64,000 nt of DNA from NCBI RefSeq assembly GCF_025526975.1, contig NW_026515669.1, positions 744,001 through 808,000 of the forward strand, read 5' to 3'. Source of the stretch: Fimicolochytrium jonesii (Eukaryota). The notes under the pieces were generated by a model, which was given only the letters and a program-made list of their open reading frames with translations, did not search any database and was not told the origin of the DNA. A program made the position numbers and the translations under genes. This document shows, in pieces, positions 37,801 through 50,974 of the stretch; position 1 is the stretch's first letter, and each line of letters begins with the position of its first letter.

Positions 37801-39048
37801 TCAGCTCTTTGATTTCCACTCTAGGAGAACAACGGTGTGCCACGACCCGCAGGAAACAGCTTGTATTGTGAACTGATCCATGGGCGGCTTCGCCAAGTGG
37901 CGCAGTTCAATGGGAATCAGCCCACAAGACTCCTTCTTCAGATCTGAACCAACAGCATTGAGCTGATCGTACTTGTTCCAGCCGCACCCGAATAAACGTG
38001 TCCCATCACTGATCACCGTATGCCGGCTTCCACATGCCACCATCACCCGTCCAGGCGGAAGCTCCAGATCTATCGGCGTCGGTAGCGCATGGTTCAGCTC
38101 GTCGGCATCATCCCCGGGCTTGACGTCCGGGTTCTCGGCCAGCCCTAATTCACCGTGCGATGCAGATCCGAAAGTGTACACGTCCCCATCTCCGGAAACC
38201 ACGGCCGAATGTGTATCTCCCGCTGACACTCCCAGGACCTTCACTCCCTGTAAAGCTTCAATCACTATCGGAGCTTTTCGTTCAGTTGTCTCGCGAAACC
38301 CGCCCCCTAGCTGACCGTGTAATCCATTCGCCCCCCAGCTGTATACATCTCCATTGGATGTGGTAGCTAAGAAGTGATGTAAGCCAGCAGATATGGTCGT
38401 ATACGGGAATTGTGCGATAGAAGGGGCGATGATAGTTTGCAATGAGGGACTCCCGTGTCGCCAAGTACGGATTGTTCCAGACGCCGTAATAGATGCTGCC
38501 GTTGTAAATGTTGATGCTACATCGATGCAAGAGAACTCGAAGTCGACAAACTCGGCCTCTGGTGGACCGCCCTCACTTCCGACAAGAATTTCGTTGGCAT
38601 CCTCCTCGGTTTTTCTTCGCTTGCGAGAAGGCTCTTCACCCTCACTTTCCTCTTGTCGTATCGTCATAAGACGTAGCCGTTGACCAACTATGACATACAA
38701 GGCATTCTCATCCGGCACTCCGTCAGAGTCGCGCGAAGGCACGACTTTCGCCAGACTCTCCCCATTTGTGATTGGAACTTTCACTCGGACAAAGGGCGCA
38801 CTATTTTTCCCTCCCGTGAACGTGTTCGTGAGACCCCAGATGTAAATGAAGTTGTCCTTAGACCAGGCTATTGTGCACGAGAAAGTGGCAGCAATGCCGA
38901 GGTACAATGGATCCTTGGATGGAAGCTGGGTACCGACTGGGGCTGGCGTGAGTGTTCGAGCTCCGTCGGAGATGAGGGTTGCTAACTCAAGTGACCGTCC
39001 GCAACACTGCCCGAAGGCGTCGAAGCCAAAGGCGATTATCTGTTGCAT
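37801..39048 (-). CDS. RCC1-repeat protein, single ORF
   Basis: AFGFDAFGQC, ISAGLHHFLATTSNGDVYSWGANGLHGQLG, VSAGDTHSAVVSGDGDVYTFG..HGELG, VACGSRHT, GCGWNKYDQL, VSCGSWHT. Confidence 0.85.
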   Translation of the reverse strand: MQQIIAFGFDAFGQCCGRSLELATLISDGARTLTPAPVGTQLPSKDPLYLGIAATFSCTIAWSKDNFIYIWGLTNTFTGGKNSAPFVRVKVPITNGESLAKVVPSRDSDGVPDENALYVIVGQRLRLMTIRQEESEGEEPSRKRRKTEEDANEILVGSEGGPPEAEFVDFEFSCIDVASTFTTAASITASGTIRTWRHGSPSLQTIIAPSIAQFPYTTISAGLHHFLATTSNGDVYSWGANGLHGQLGGGFRETTERKAPIVIEALQGVKVLGVSAGDTHSAVVSGDGDVYTFGSASHGELGLAENPDVKPGDDADELNHALPTPIDLELPPGRVMVACGSRHTVISDGTRLFGCGWNKYDQLNAVGSDLKKESCGLIPIELRHLAKPPMDQFTIQAVSCGSWHTVVLLEWKSKS

Positions 39049-39862
39049 CTGGTTCCAGTTCGTACGATATTACTGTGCGAGAGGCGCCCGACAGCGCTGG
39101 ACTTGACTTGAGAGGTGTTACTAGCGGTTACGAACCGCTCGCGCGCCATGCCGAACAGTGGGGTATCCGAGGCCAGAATCTGCCATCTGCCTTCTGTCCT
39201 TCCGCCTGTTCCCTCATATAACTACGTACCGCACGCTATCTGCAAAGTCCTAAACGGACGTCGAAGACTTCATCCGAGCCAAACATCCTCAGAGTCAGCC
39301 AACGGCAAATCACTGTAATATTGGCTATATGTTTTTCACATTGGGAGCAGCAATCGAACCACTTTGGCGACATGAACACCTAAAATGAAACCTGAGAGCG
39401 CAAAGACTGCATCTAGAAGGAGAAAGGGAATGCCGTCGCTTCAATCCTAACCCAACGACTGCTGCGTGCGTACTGATGCCATGAGGCCCGAATTGGATGA
39501 GGGATTCCCATCTGGTTTTCCTGATATTCGCCCGTCCAGTATCCAAATGCTGATGATAGACGAAGAGAAGCGATCGTTATTTGTACTGTACAAGGCAAAT
39601 TTCTATCTCCAGCAAAGAGTCCGTTTCATATTTATGTACAAACCGCATGACGTTCCACGCTGTTCAACTCCGGGAAGCTATCAATGCGTTGATCGAGCTT
39701 CAAGCGCTGATCGGAAAGCCTGGGCCGAAACGTTTGCTCTCCCTCTCTACCACGTGCTCCCTGCCTTAGAATACCATCTCAGTCACCGAGCGCACCCCGC
39801 CAATCACCGAGAGACAAGAGGAGCTGAGTTGGTGACAGGGCTTGTACTGACCCCGCATCGTT

Positions 39863-40675
39863 CTAATCTGCTTGGAAGACGTGCTTCCCTCGTTGTTGGA
39901 ACTGAGTCATAGGCTTCCCACTGCCAACGACGCCCACTTTGGCCATAGGATCATCTGGAGTGGCGAAGATGCTCTGCTTCTTCTTCAGTGGTGGTTTGAT
40001 GCCAGCAACACCGCCTCCCGTAGACTTCCTCTTCTTCTCTGCTCCAGACCCCGATGAGGACCCTCCTTTCGCAAATTGTAGCCATGCCTGCTGTTTCGAC
40101 GACTGCTCCTGCTCCTTTTTCGTGGGCTGAGTAGGATCGCGGGGTTTGAAAGGCTTCTTCTTCTTTTTGATTGCGTCTGGATTGGTAGCTGCGATGGTGG
40201 CCTCCGTCACGGGAGCAGCGGGTCCTTCCACTTTTTTTGGTTTGGCGGCACGAGCGGCGTCCTCTATGGAGGTGGGAGGTTGCGCGGAATACCGGATATC
40301 GCTGCCTTTTACAGGTTCCGGTTTGTGGTAGCCAGCAAAGACGACGGTGTATGTATCGTCGTCAGCGTCCGGTACACCGTGCACAACAGCTTCGTAAAAG
40401 TTTCCATCTCCTTTGTACTTGGCGGACACTTGCGTGCCTACCTCCCACCGTACAGCCCCTGCTGCTGGTTGTGCGTTTCCTCCGCCCCCGCCGCGCTTCT
40501 TCTTTGACTCTTTGTTGCTGGTAGCAGGGGCCTCCTCCGCTATGCCTGCAAAGAGGGCTATGAGCTCTTTCAAGTCTGCTCGGAGCTTTCCCAGCTCTTG
40601 GTTGTCCGGGTCTTTTGCAAGCGCCTCGTCTACTTGATCTAACTTGAATTGATATTCCGCGAGTTCTTGAGTCAT
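39863..40675 (-). CDS. SPF30: SMN-related splicing factor SPF30/SMNDC1 (Tudor domain)
   Basis: MTQELAEYQFKLDQVDEALAKDPDNQEL..DLKELI; Tudor WEVGTQVSAKYKGDGNFYEAVV..YTVVFAGY; KQQAWLQF; SIFATPD..KVGVVGSGKPMTQFQQRGKH. Confidence 0.92.
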   Translation of the reverse strand: MTQELAEYQFKLDQVDEALAKDPDNQELGKLRADLKELIALFAGIAEEAPATSNKESKKKRGGGGGNAQPAAGAVRWEVGTQVSAKYKGDGNFYEAVVHGVPDADDDTYTVVFAGYHKPEPVKGSDIRYSAQPPTSIEDAARAAKPKKVEGPAAPVTEATIAATNPDAIKKKKKPFKPRDPTQPTKKEQEQSSKQQAWLQFAKGGSSSGSGAEKKRKSTGGGVAGIKPPLKKKQSIFATPDDPMAKVGVVGSGKPMTQFQQRGKHVFQAD

Positions 40676-41204
40676 TGCGGGTGGTTTGCACAGGTAAAGG
40701 TGGCGGACTTTTGTGGACAAAACCTTAACGGCTGAGCCTCCAGAAATGTAGCGGTATAATGTGGATAGGGTGTCGGTCGTTCGGCTATCGTCCGAGTTGC
40801 TTCTCCTGTTGTCTTGTCAGTCGGCCGTTGTTCGGAAATGTCGAGAGTCGAAGCAGACTCGAAGTGGTTCTCTTTCCTCTCCCCTCAGCAGCTTTCCACG
40901 CGTTTCCGTCTTTCCGTCGATTCCCTTACGATAGCTACATGGTCTACACAGTACTCTACAGTATTACAAGACGTAGGAACCTAGGAAACTCTCAACAAGA
41001 TACTCTTTTCCTTATTACGGTTTGTTCCACGGGATCTAGCCCTACCCTAGCCTCTCTCAAATCCTGAGGGGCTTGGCGGGAGACTACGCAAGATGGGAAG
41101 GGAAAGCTGCATGTACAGTATATTCAAATTTGGCCAGCCCATGATGTATGCGGCCCCTATTTACTTTTTTCAGATTCTCTACATCTACAGTACCTTCCCA
41201 CCTC

Positions 41205-44200
41205 CTACATCTGCACCGATAGTGGAGGGAGTCGTTGAGAAAAATCCAATCCGGACGGCGCAGTCCGTGGGGGAAGAGGGTAGTCCATGGCGAATTGCAC
41301 TATTCTCAGCTTTCTTGAAGAAGGACGGGACGATTCGGTTGCTGGCCGCTCTGACGGGATGGATTCACTCTCAGCAGCTGGTGGGGCTGGTGGAGTAGGA
41401 GAGGCGCGTTTGCCCAAATCCGACCACGACACAGCATCTTTGATGGGTGGCATTTGAGAGACCCAGACCGTCTCCTCCTCGGCGTGACGGTCTGTTCGTT
41501 CCACCTTTGCATGGGCACTGTGGGACCGCCATCGTGTAGACGGGTCCTTTCTATGTGCGATCCTGACTACCATCACGTCAGGTAGCCTCTGAACCGGGGG
41601 ATTAGCGATTTTGCCATCCATTAGACTTGTCCGGTGATGTGATTTGGAGCCTTGTTTGGGATGGGCCGATCCATTCAAAAAGTCCGAGATTTCCTGCCTT
41701 CTTGATGGAGGAATCACACCAGGGTCACCAGCGGTGATTCTTTGTAACGACACGGATGCTGGAATCAGCCTTCCGCGGCCACCAGGACATGTCGAATCGA
41801 GGTGCGATAGCTGCTCAGTACAGGGCGGTTAATGCTGGTCTCGTCCAAAGATGAGATACGCTCACTCACCCGAGGTTTGCGATAATTTGGAGAATCTGGG
41901 TCCGGAGCGCTGCGAATGCCTCGAGAATGTGGTCGATTTGCCTCCTTCTTCAGATCTCGGGCAAATGCAGCTGAAGAAATAGGCCGCAAGGCTGAAGGAA
42001 CAGGGATTCGAGCTTCCAGTTGGAAAGTGGAGACGGAAGAGATAGTTCTCTTGTTACCCCCTGACCTGATCCCTGCAAGACTTCGTCGGCGGATAGATTT
42101 TGTTGACACATCGGCGCCGAACTCATCTGCTTTCGGGGCCCTGAACACGGGCATTTGCCTATCCTCCGTCTCTCGTGGCTCCGATTCTGGCTCATCGCTG
42201 TCCTGTTCTGAATCTTCCAACGAGCTCAGGGCCATCAGCTCCTTTGTCGTTTCGACAGGATCATCGGCTTCCGTTTCTTTTGGTCGTTGCCCATTTTCGG
42301 ATTCTCCGTCGGTCCACCCAGATACAGCCGCATCGCCGGCAAACAAATCATCCTCCTTGGCGATGCCCTGATTTGACGGGATATCAATCGCCTTCGCAGG
42401 CGGGCGGCGATACATGCTCCCATTCGCGCCACGATGAGCCTTCAATTTCGACTGAGCAGGTGATTCAGCAGTCGATGGGCTTTGACTCGTGCTAGCTGCC
42501 TTTGCGGGGTCTTTCGAGGCAAACTGTCGGTGGGTCCACATGAGTGATGCGAGAACTTCTGCGTTCCAAGTGGGATCTTCACCTCCCATCCTCAAAATAT
42601 GATCGTATTGCGCATTGACATCAACTACCGAGATCTCGTACTCGAGACTCTCGCCTAATTCTTCCACATATTCGGTTGTAGTCCAACACTTGGGATCCCA
42701 CTGTGGCTTTTTCTCTTCTTTTGGACTGTTGTCTTCCGATTTGCTCCTAACAAGATCCTTGATCAGCTTGATGAGAAGGCTGGAGTGTTCGGGCGGAGTC
42801 CTAACAGGACGTGCTGATGCATTCCGCTTGCTCTGCTTCGTCGACGGCCGAGATGCCTCTCGGGAGGCTGTCATGGAGCGCATGGGTGGTCGCAGAATAT
42901 CGCCAGTGCAATCGGAGAGCACGATATTCTTCGTAGGCACGCTCTTCTTCGCCGTCATCTTACTCTCATACATCTGGGTCATACTGCGCCATGTCGCTAC
43001 CCGAGATCTGTCTTCTTCCTCACGCATTCCGCGCCGAGTGACCTTTGATTCAACGTAGTAGTACTGAGGCTCATTTCGACTCCTGCCAGGGATGTGACAG
43101 ACAAAAGCAGACCGCTGATACTGCCCTTCAGGTGTGAACGGAATCAAAGCGTTTGCTTGGACTTCATTGCCGAAAACAAATGGGGATCTTGCACGGTCGG
43201 CGAGATTGTACGTCTCTAACCTCCGCTCTAGATGATCATCTTCCCAGGGTTGCGGAGTTGAAGGCGTTGGCGATGCCCTTGGATGTTTGCGTTGCTGTCC
43301 CTGGACATAGACGCTATCTCCAATGCCGTTGGCGTGTGCCTCACCTTGATGCATACTATGTTCCTGATCTGAATCACCGGCTGCGGGATTCATGTGCATC
43401 CCATCCATCACCGCCCCATATCTCTGCCCACTACTCGACAATGAGCGACTACGCCGAGAGCCCTGCGCTCCCGGACAAGTGCTGGGCCGTCTCGGAGAGC
43501 GGGCCCGCCTGGCGCTGGAGCTTCGAGGAGATCTCATGGAACGTTCGCCATCGTGTCCGCCAGCGGCTATGTGGATGGTATGCACATGCACCTGCTGATT
43601 AGGGGTCGATCTTCCATCCTCCGATGGGACCTGGATTGGGAATCTTCGGTCTCCAGAGACTACTCTCGATCTCGAGAGATGAGCAGACCGATCGCTTGCA
43701 TTTATTCCGTCTCCGGAGGATGCGTCCGTTGCGTTTTGTGTTAAAGCTCTCTTCTGATTCTTTTGTATGTCCAGAAGCAGCCGAAAACCGCCCATCTCGG
43801 GAACTGTGCACGGTCGATGAAATGAGTTCACCTACAGAACCCGTTCTTGAAATCATGTCCATGTACGAACCTTCATGTGACAGTTCTGGGGTCGCGCCGG
43901 TCGACTTTTGCACCTCTGGCCTGCGGGGGCCTGGTTCTATGTTGACGAACGTTATGTTGAAGTCCCCCAAGTCGTTGCTTTGGAGATTGTTCGAGGGCGG
44001 TATGTCTCTATTGTTGATCGCCGATGGAATTCGGGACCCCCTCTCCTTCGTCCCCGATTGTGCGCGCTGGTTCGTCGCAAGCATTGAAATGTCATCTTCC
44101 CAACTGACGGTCGTACCGCTCTTCGGGCGCTGCCTGCTGGTGACGGTCGCACCACTCTTCGGACGGTCCCTCCTTGTAAGAAAGATCAAATCGGTTGAAG

Positions 44201-45554
44201 GTGCCGCTGGTACACTTTCGGCTGAGTTCGGTCGTGCCGGTTCGTTGGAATGCAACTCGATATCGATTCCTCCGCTAGGCGGATGCCTCTTCTCCACGTG
44301 AGGAGCATCTGGTAGCCCGTCCAATACACCAGATGATGGAGAAGGGATTGAACCATCATCTTGACGTTGCGTTCCCTCATTGGCGGCCTTTGCGGGGATT
44401 TCCGGGAATGCAAAATTTGGACCTGCTGTCTTTGCTACCCAACGTCTTTTAGACTTCCACATCCTCCCCTTCGACGACAAACAATTCTTTTACCTTAGTA
44501 ACTGGAGGTCGATCTACGAGTACGAGAGAGGTTGCCTTCAGTGTGTCCTCCATGTATGTATCTGGTACGGTCGCAGCAGCATTTGGCTCGGTGTTGCTTG
44601 CAGAGGCATGTCCGGGGATGGACCTCGGTTGCGCAGTCCCTCCAGTCGCAAACAGGCTGTGCTGACTTTTGCCATGCTCCTGCAAATCTGCATTCCCTTG
44701 GCTGTGTGCTTCATTGCTTTGTGTGGAGGCGACGTTCGAAGATATCGTGCTTTCCCCTTTGGTCCTTCCAGCGAGCATCGCCGCCTTGTCAGCCAGCAAG
44801 AAGGACTCCTCTCGAAGCATCTGATCAGCAGTCCGGACCCATCCCGGATATGTGTCGTAACTCTCGGGTGCTATGTCTTCTGTAGGCGCACGGAACTTCC
44901 CACTCCGGATACCATCAAGGTCAGGCCAAGCTGGCCGCCATGCTGCAAGTCTCAGAGGAAGACTAAGAAATAGTCATGTGCAAACAAAACGCGGCGTCAA
45001 TACTATTCTCACCTTTGATGGGATCTGGAGATATCGGCAAATGTTGAATTTGCCATCTGCAAAGATCCTTGCATATCCTTAACGGAGTTTTCGAACTTCT
45101 CCTTCTCGAACACGAACTTCGGCTTTGCCGCCACTAGAGGAATGACGCTCACCGCAAGCCCTTGATCAACGCTCACTTGTAAGCCTTTACCGGGGGACGG
45201 AATCTTCTCTGAGGTTTTCAGATCCTGGTTCGCCGTGAGCTTCTCGACCGAGTGCTGTTTCTCTTCGTTGGACCTTCGTCTCTCCGGAGTTCTCGCAGTC
45301 GGGGCCTCGTTCAGTTTCTGGAGACTTCCCGATCCTGAGCCCTTCGGTAGGATAGCTTTCCTTGTTCCTTGGGATAGCAGTTCTCCAGGAAACGCTTGCG
45401 ACTCCACTTCTTGCCATTGTGCTCCGGTTGGGCGCTTTCCACGAGGAAGCTTGCTGTTCTTGCCCGAGGTTTGTCCACCGCTGGTAGCCTCCAGCTTCTT
45501 GGACGTGAGCCAAGCAGGGGAAGCACCTTTCGTTTCTTTTACTGACCTCTTCAT
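41205..45554 (-). CDS. Large hypothetical low-complexity protein; multi-exon
   Basis: Chain of long ORFs (45009-45554, 44449-44820, 43599-44480, 41765-43831, 41205-41753) that can be joined by plausible introns; repeated RPxS/RPxT motifs; no family recognised; start uncertain. Confidence 0.6.
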
Positions 45555-46062
45555 CTTTTGCGCATATTGCTCGATGGATCAGAATTCAGTTTTCGCTTTG
45601 ATTCTGATCTGGGTATTTGACAGGTTGCCCTCAGGGCGGAGTACTCAATCCTTTTTGCACTCAAATCCTGTCATAACTTGCACGCGCCTTGACGCTGTGC
45701 GCCCGAGCAATCATAAGGGTCTCTGTCCAGTGTCGGCGTTGAACATGGTCGTCCTTGCTATCGCTCGGACTCGATGCTCAACCAGAGGCGCCTCCTCCGA
45801 CGCCATGGCAACATCCCTTCGGTGTCGCCGGGCCTGTACATACTGTATATGTACGCTACTGGATGCACTGAGCCCTCAAAAGTCTGCCGTCAAGTCCCGA
45901 CAAAGCAAAAAAGGAACACAGACATAAATGTCTGTCCTTGAGTCATGTGACGTAGGAGTGCAGATCATGTGATGCAAGCAACTACGAATTTCGTCGCCTT
46001 CCTTCGTCGTTGTTATTCCGTTCTTCGTACAGACGGACCACGCAACAAGAAGCAATACGATT

Positions 46063-49000
46063 ATGGCGTCTGCAGTGGCAACGAACGGGGCGGTGGCCTC
46101 AGCGCCGAACGGTGTAATGGCCTTATATTGGGAGCTGGCCTCCGTCGACCCGGCCGTGCGTCAGACCGCTGCAGAGTCCCTGGTACGCTCGCTCAACACA
46201 TTTCAGCAAGAGCACGACAGTACGCATACCACGAGACCGGCGGAACTGACAGAATCGAATCTAGAGGAGTTTTGCGCTCAGGACGTTGTGTATGGACTGA
46301 AACGTCTCTTGCGAGGATTGCCATCCTCAAGAGACGGGGCGAGGCAAGGATTTGCTGTAGCTCTCACCGAGGTAAGAGAACTTTCCTTTCTGCGTCCGAT
46401 CAGTGATACAAACCCACATTATGCTGAAACGAAAACATTGCACAGCTCTTGCGCCAACTTGAATTCCTTACTGCAGGCACGATCTTAGCACTTCTGACAA
46501 AGTTAACTCAAACGGAGGGAGCGAAAGGACAGGAGGAGAGGGAGATTCTTTTCGGAAGGATATTCGGTCTGATGGCGATATGTCAGGCTGGGATGATCTC
46601 TCGCGCTTCGACAACAATTGAGGACGTTCAGACGATTGTGACAAGCCTGCTGAAATACGCCTCCAGCAAATCATACCTGAGGGAAACCTGTTTCTGCGTA
46701 TTGATTACAATGTCAGAAGAGCTGACAGATGGCAAATTGGAAGAGGAGGCCATCGCCTTTATGATTCCGGCAGTTTTAAAGAACGGGGTAGAGGATGCTG
46801 AAGATCTGTGGTTCGCATTGGTAATGCAGTCGCGTTATCCCAAGTTTGACTGGGCCTCGGTGCTCCCAACATGGAAGCATGCTCAGCTTCTGCACCCGAA
46901 GAACCAGTCACAACTCATCGAGCTTTTGAAGCAGTCCACGCACACCAGTCCCCGCATTCACTCAGTATGGGATACCCTGCTGGATCTGCTCACCTCAGAA
47001 TCCGCTGCCGGCAACACAGTGTCTCTGTCGGACATCTGGATCAATCTGGACGATGCACTGTACTCATCCACTCATGAGCGCAAGCATCTGGGTCTTAACC
47101 TGTTCCAACGAGTGTTGGCGCGCGCCAAGCCCACGGAGATCCCATTTGTGTTCACCCCGCAACTTCTCCGCACCCTTATCAACAACCTGTCGAAGCAAGA
47201 CAACTATCTGCACAAAGTGGCCAAGCAAACCGCGACAGCATTGTCCAAATTGGCGCAGGAACGGAAGGAAATCGCCTTGCAGCTCGTTCTACAGCTAGTG
47301 GGCAAACACGGTCACCAGAGATTCGACGCCGTGACAAAAACGAAAACGGTGGAGTCCATCCTTGGCAGTCTCGAAGCTGCGGATATCATTTCCTACGTTC
47401 AGTACCTGGAAGACCTCTTCGTGGACCAAACCGAGGAAGCCGCAGCGGAGGTTCCCTACGTGGACTCACACAGACATTGGGTCTTGGATCAGATGTTGCA
47501 ACTGGTTCGTAATGCAAAGGTGCCGAAGGAGGAGAAATGGGTGCAGTCTGTGGCGCGGTTCATCTGCCTCCACGCTTTCTTCGACGTGACCAAAGCCGAT
47601 GCGAAAAATTCTTCCATCAAACCCGCTCAGCCTCCATTGTCGGAGGCAACAAGGACATTGTGCCAAGAGAAGCTTTTTGCGCTTCTTGGAGCGCTCGTCG
47701 CTTTGCAGCTGAAGAATGACGAGGGCAAACCATTGCACGCTGGATGCTTGAAAAATGGCGAGCTCTGGGCTCGTGATTTGCACGACTTTGTCCAGGCAAT
47801 GCAGAAGAGCAAGCACGTCACCCTTGCCGTTGGAATTGATAACGAAGCGAAGGCGGCACTTGACAAGACAGCGAAGATTCTTTCAGAAATCCGCGTGGAG
47901 CTCAAGAAGTTGGATGGCGCACAAAACCGGGATTTGCAAGCTCAATACAAAGCTTTTGAGCTCATCCTGGTTCACGTGTCTCTCCAAGTGTACACTGACC
48001 CTGAGGAAACGGTCGGCGTGTTGACGGAATTGGAGAACTGCTATACCCTGCTGTTCAACTCCAAGAGAAAGGCGAGCAAGAAGCGCAAGAACGCTGACGA
48101 TGATGAGGAAGAGCACGAGCCTGTTGAGGTCCTCCTTGATGTCTTGATCAGTTTCCTCGCCAAGCCCTCTGCTCTTCTGAGGACACTGTCGCAGGAAGTC
48201 TTCAAGGTGTTCTCCAGCAAATTGACCAAGAAGGCCCTGGACCTTATGTTCGATGTAAGTGTTCTAGAAGCGTGGGAGTTGCACGAATGATGGAAGAAAG
48301 ACCGTCTAACCCTGTATGTCTTTCCAGGTGCTCACCGCGAAAGGAGGTGTTGCTGGAGCTCAGGAGCTCTTTGAGGATGAGGACGAAGGAGAGGATGACC
48401 ACATGGACATCGACGGCCAGGAAAACGGGGAAGTTGCGGGCGAAAGCAGCGAAGAAGAAGATGACGATGAAGACGAGGAGGAGGGTGACGAGCAGGACAA
48501 CCCCAAGGTTGATGAGGAACTTCGCCTGAAGATAAAGGACGCGTTAGGAAGCGCAGCTGTGGACGGCGATGCAGACGACTCGGACGAGGGCGAGTTTTTG
48601 GATGACGAGCAAATGGGCGAGTTCGACTCGAAACTTGCGGAGATCTTCAAGCAGCGGAAAGAAATCAAGAGCGCAAAGAAAGACCTCAAGCAGCAAGTGC
48701 TTCATTTCAAATTCCGAGTTGTGGATCTTTTCGACCTGTTCTTGCGGAAAGCTCCACAAAGCCCCTTGGTCGTTGAGATGATCATGCCGCTTCTGAAGCT
48801 GCTTACGGCCACTGCTCGGAGTGCTGACGATCAAGGGCTCCACGAGAAGCTCCACGCCTTAGTCAAGAACAGGCTATTCAAGCTGAAGGAGATCCCCACC
48901 GAGCCGTCCTTGGACGCCGACCGCGCAGCAGCAGTGCTCACCGAAGTCCACGAGTATGCACGAAAAGCAGCGGACTCTGATACAGTCAGTCTGTGCTCAG

Positions 49001-49768
49001 GAGCGAGTCTGCTGTTGGTGAAAATCTTGAGCCATTGCAAGGAACCTGTCGCTGCATCAGCGTTGACACCGAAGAAAACACCGAAGAAGAGGAAAGTGGA
49101 AGCGGACTCTGCTACAACCGTTAAGCCTCTCAGCCGCGTTGCCACAGCCTACGCAGAATCCCTGACGAACTTCATGGCCACAAAATCCCGTCTCAAACCT
49201 GTATTCTTCTTGGAACTTGTCAGTCGTTACCCGGCGTATGGCTGGGAATTGATGCCCAAGGTCGTCGAGCTGGCAGCTCCATCTGCCGGGGCAAAGGCGT
49301 ACCCTCTCGGCCAGGCATACACCATAATTTTCCGGCTGGTCACGCAGATGCCTAAGAAGGACGAAGCTGAACGGATCGAGACCATCAGGCAGGTGTGGCC
49401 GAAGTTTGTGGATGATGCCATCGCGACGTTCAAAGAGGCCTTAGAGGAAGGAAACGCGAGGACCTTGAAGAAGGAGCGGACCAAGGCATTGGTGAAGGAG
49501 CTGGTAGCAATGGCGAGGAAGACTGTGCACCTCTTCAAGAAGGAGGAGGTATGTATCTGGCGTTGATGGCTGGACCTCAAGTGTGCAATTAGACTCACTG
49601 TACGCGTCTTTTTCCCGACAGATTGCATCCCTCTGGAAAGTACCTGATCTGCAAAAGCAACTCAATGTATTGTGTGACAACGAGAAGTTTGCAACTGGAG
49701 CATCGCTAAAGGGGCAAAGAGATCAGTTATTGAGTATACTGAAAGGGGAAAGTGGGAAGAAAAAGTGA
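46063..49768 (+). CDS. POL5: Pol5/MYBBP1A nucleolar ribosome-biogenesis protein (DNA polymerase phi family); 4 exons
   Basis: LYWELASVD, YGLKRLLRGLPSSRDGARQGFAVALTE, EEREILFGRIFGL, STHERKHLG, LINNLSKQDNYLHKVAK, FDAVTKTKTVE, EPVEVLLDVLISFLAKPS, DEQMGEFDSKLAEIFK, HFKFRVVDL. Confidence 0.93.
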
Positions 49769-50183
49769 TAGCGAACGAAATGTTGGGGCTGTAGCTTTGT
49801 AGCGTCATTTATAGTTATTCATCACCAATTGTATTTAACCATCAACACGATCATATAGCATAGAAAATGGCAATGTGCGGGAGATATCTGGAAAATAGAG
49901 GTGTGCGCCGCTTGCAACAATTCCCATCGGTTTGATGGGGCTACGAGAGCCACTTGACTCATGCCACTTGGGTTGCTCCAATGATGCGACGATCTGGTCC
50001 TCCACGCCAGAACACACTGGTATGACCACGAATCTGCTCGTGTTGACGTCCGGTCTCTAGATAAATTTGGCTTCTGACTCGACATCCGGCCGTAGGCCAC
50101 GCGGGGTTAGGCGAGGGCCCCTTGACCGCGGAGGATCGTTTGACAGTCTTTACATTGTTGGGCAGGTATCATGACCTGCCCAC

Positions 50184-50974
50184 TTATCCCGTCTCATCCT
50201 TGACATGATGATATTTCGGCATCGTCTGAGATAAGGAGGATGTAAGAGGGGGCCTAGGCTTCGCGTCCACTGCCCCTGGGCACCGTCCAATACCCACCTC
50301 ATGCAAATATTCCAAATGCTTAGCATGCAAACTGGCTTGCATCTTATTTGATTTCGTCATCTTCCTCGTCGCCAGCTGGCCTCCGAATATCACAGTATCA
50401 TCCGGAATGACTTGATTTGGGAATGTCATGCATTTGACGCCTATTACGCAGTTGTCCCCTATGATTGTGCCTCTTTGGACCCGGGCTTTGGCGGAGCGAT
50501 ACGACTGATTAATCAAAGGTTAGGAAAAGTCGAAATGTTCAGAGAACTCACCCCCAATCTCTATTGTACACCCGTTTCCTATCTGTGCTGATTCTATATC
50601 TATCGTTCGCATCCCTCAGTTGTTGATACTTGTTTTTTCCCATAAGGACGTTCAATGTACCTACAGGCTCCGACCTCTATTATGTTGTTGTCGCCAATAA
50701 GAAGAGGGTTTGCCGTTCTGCGTTCCATGAAACCATCTATGAGTAAAAGACTTCGGCGGACACCGAACCCCCAGGCCTACTTGTTGACAATCTGCACATT
50801 CTCCTCGATTATGGTCCCGTTTCCAAGGACAATGCTCCCAGACGCTTCGTTTATCAGCCGACACTTCGGATGTATCACCGCATTTCTGCCGATTTCCACT
50901 AGACCTTTACATACGGAGCCGTCACAGATTGTAGGGGGCCTCGTGGCAGGGTCCGGCAGATTCGAAAGAGACAT
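50184..50974 (-). CDS. DCTN6: Dynactin subunit 6 (p27), left-handed beta-helix; multi-exon
   Basis: GLVEIGRNAVIHPKCRLINEASGSIVLGNGTIIEENVQIVN, LLIGDNNIIEVGA, IIGDNCVIGVKC, IPDDTVIFG, LHAKHLEYLHE/TMPKYHH. Confidence 0.88.

Noticed and set aside
39123..39800. Small hairpin AGCGGTT-ACG-AACCGCT and short plus-strand ORFs between the RCC1 gene and SPF30
   Set aside because: No tRNA cloverleaf; the ORFs lack a supportable gene model or family.
50020..50060. CGGA-CGU-CAAC-ACG-AGCAG on the minus strand, resembling SRP RNA helix 8
   Set aside because: No GNRA loop, non-canonical internal loop and no recognisable Alu-domain 5' end.
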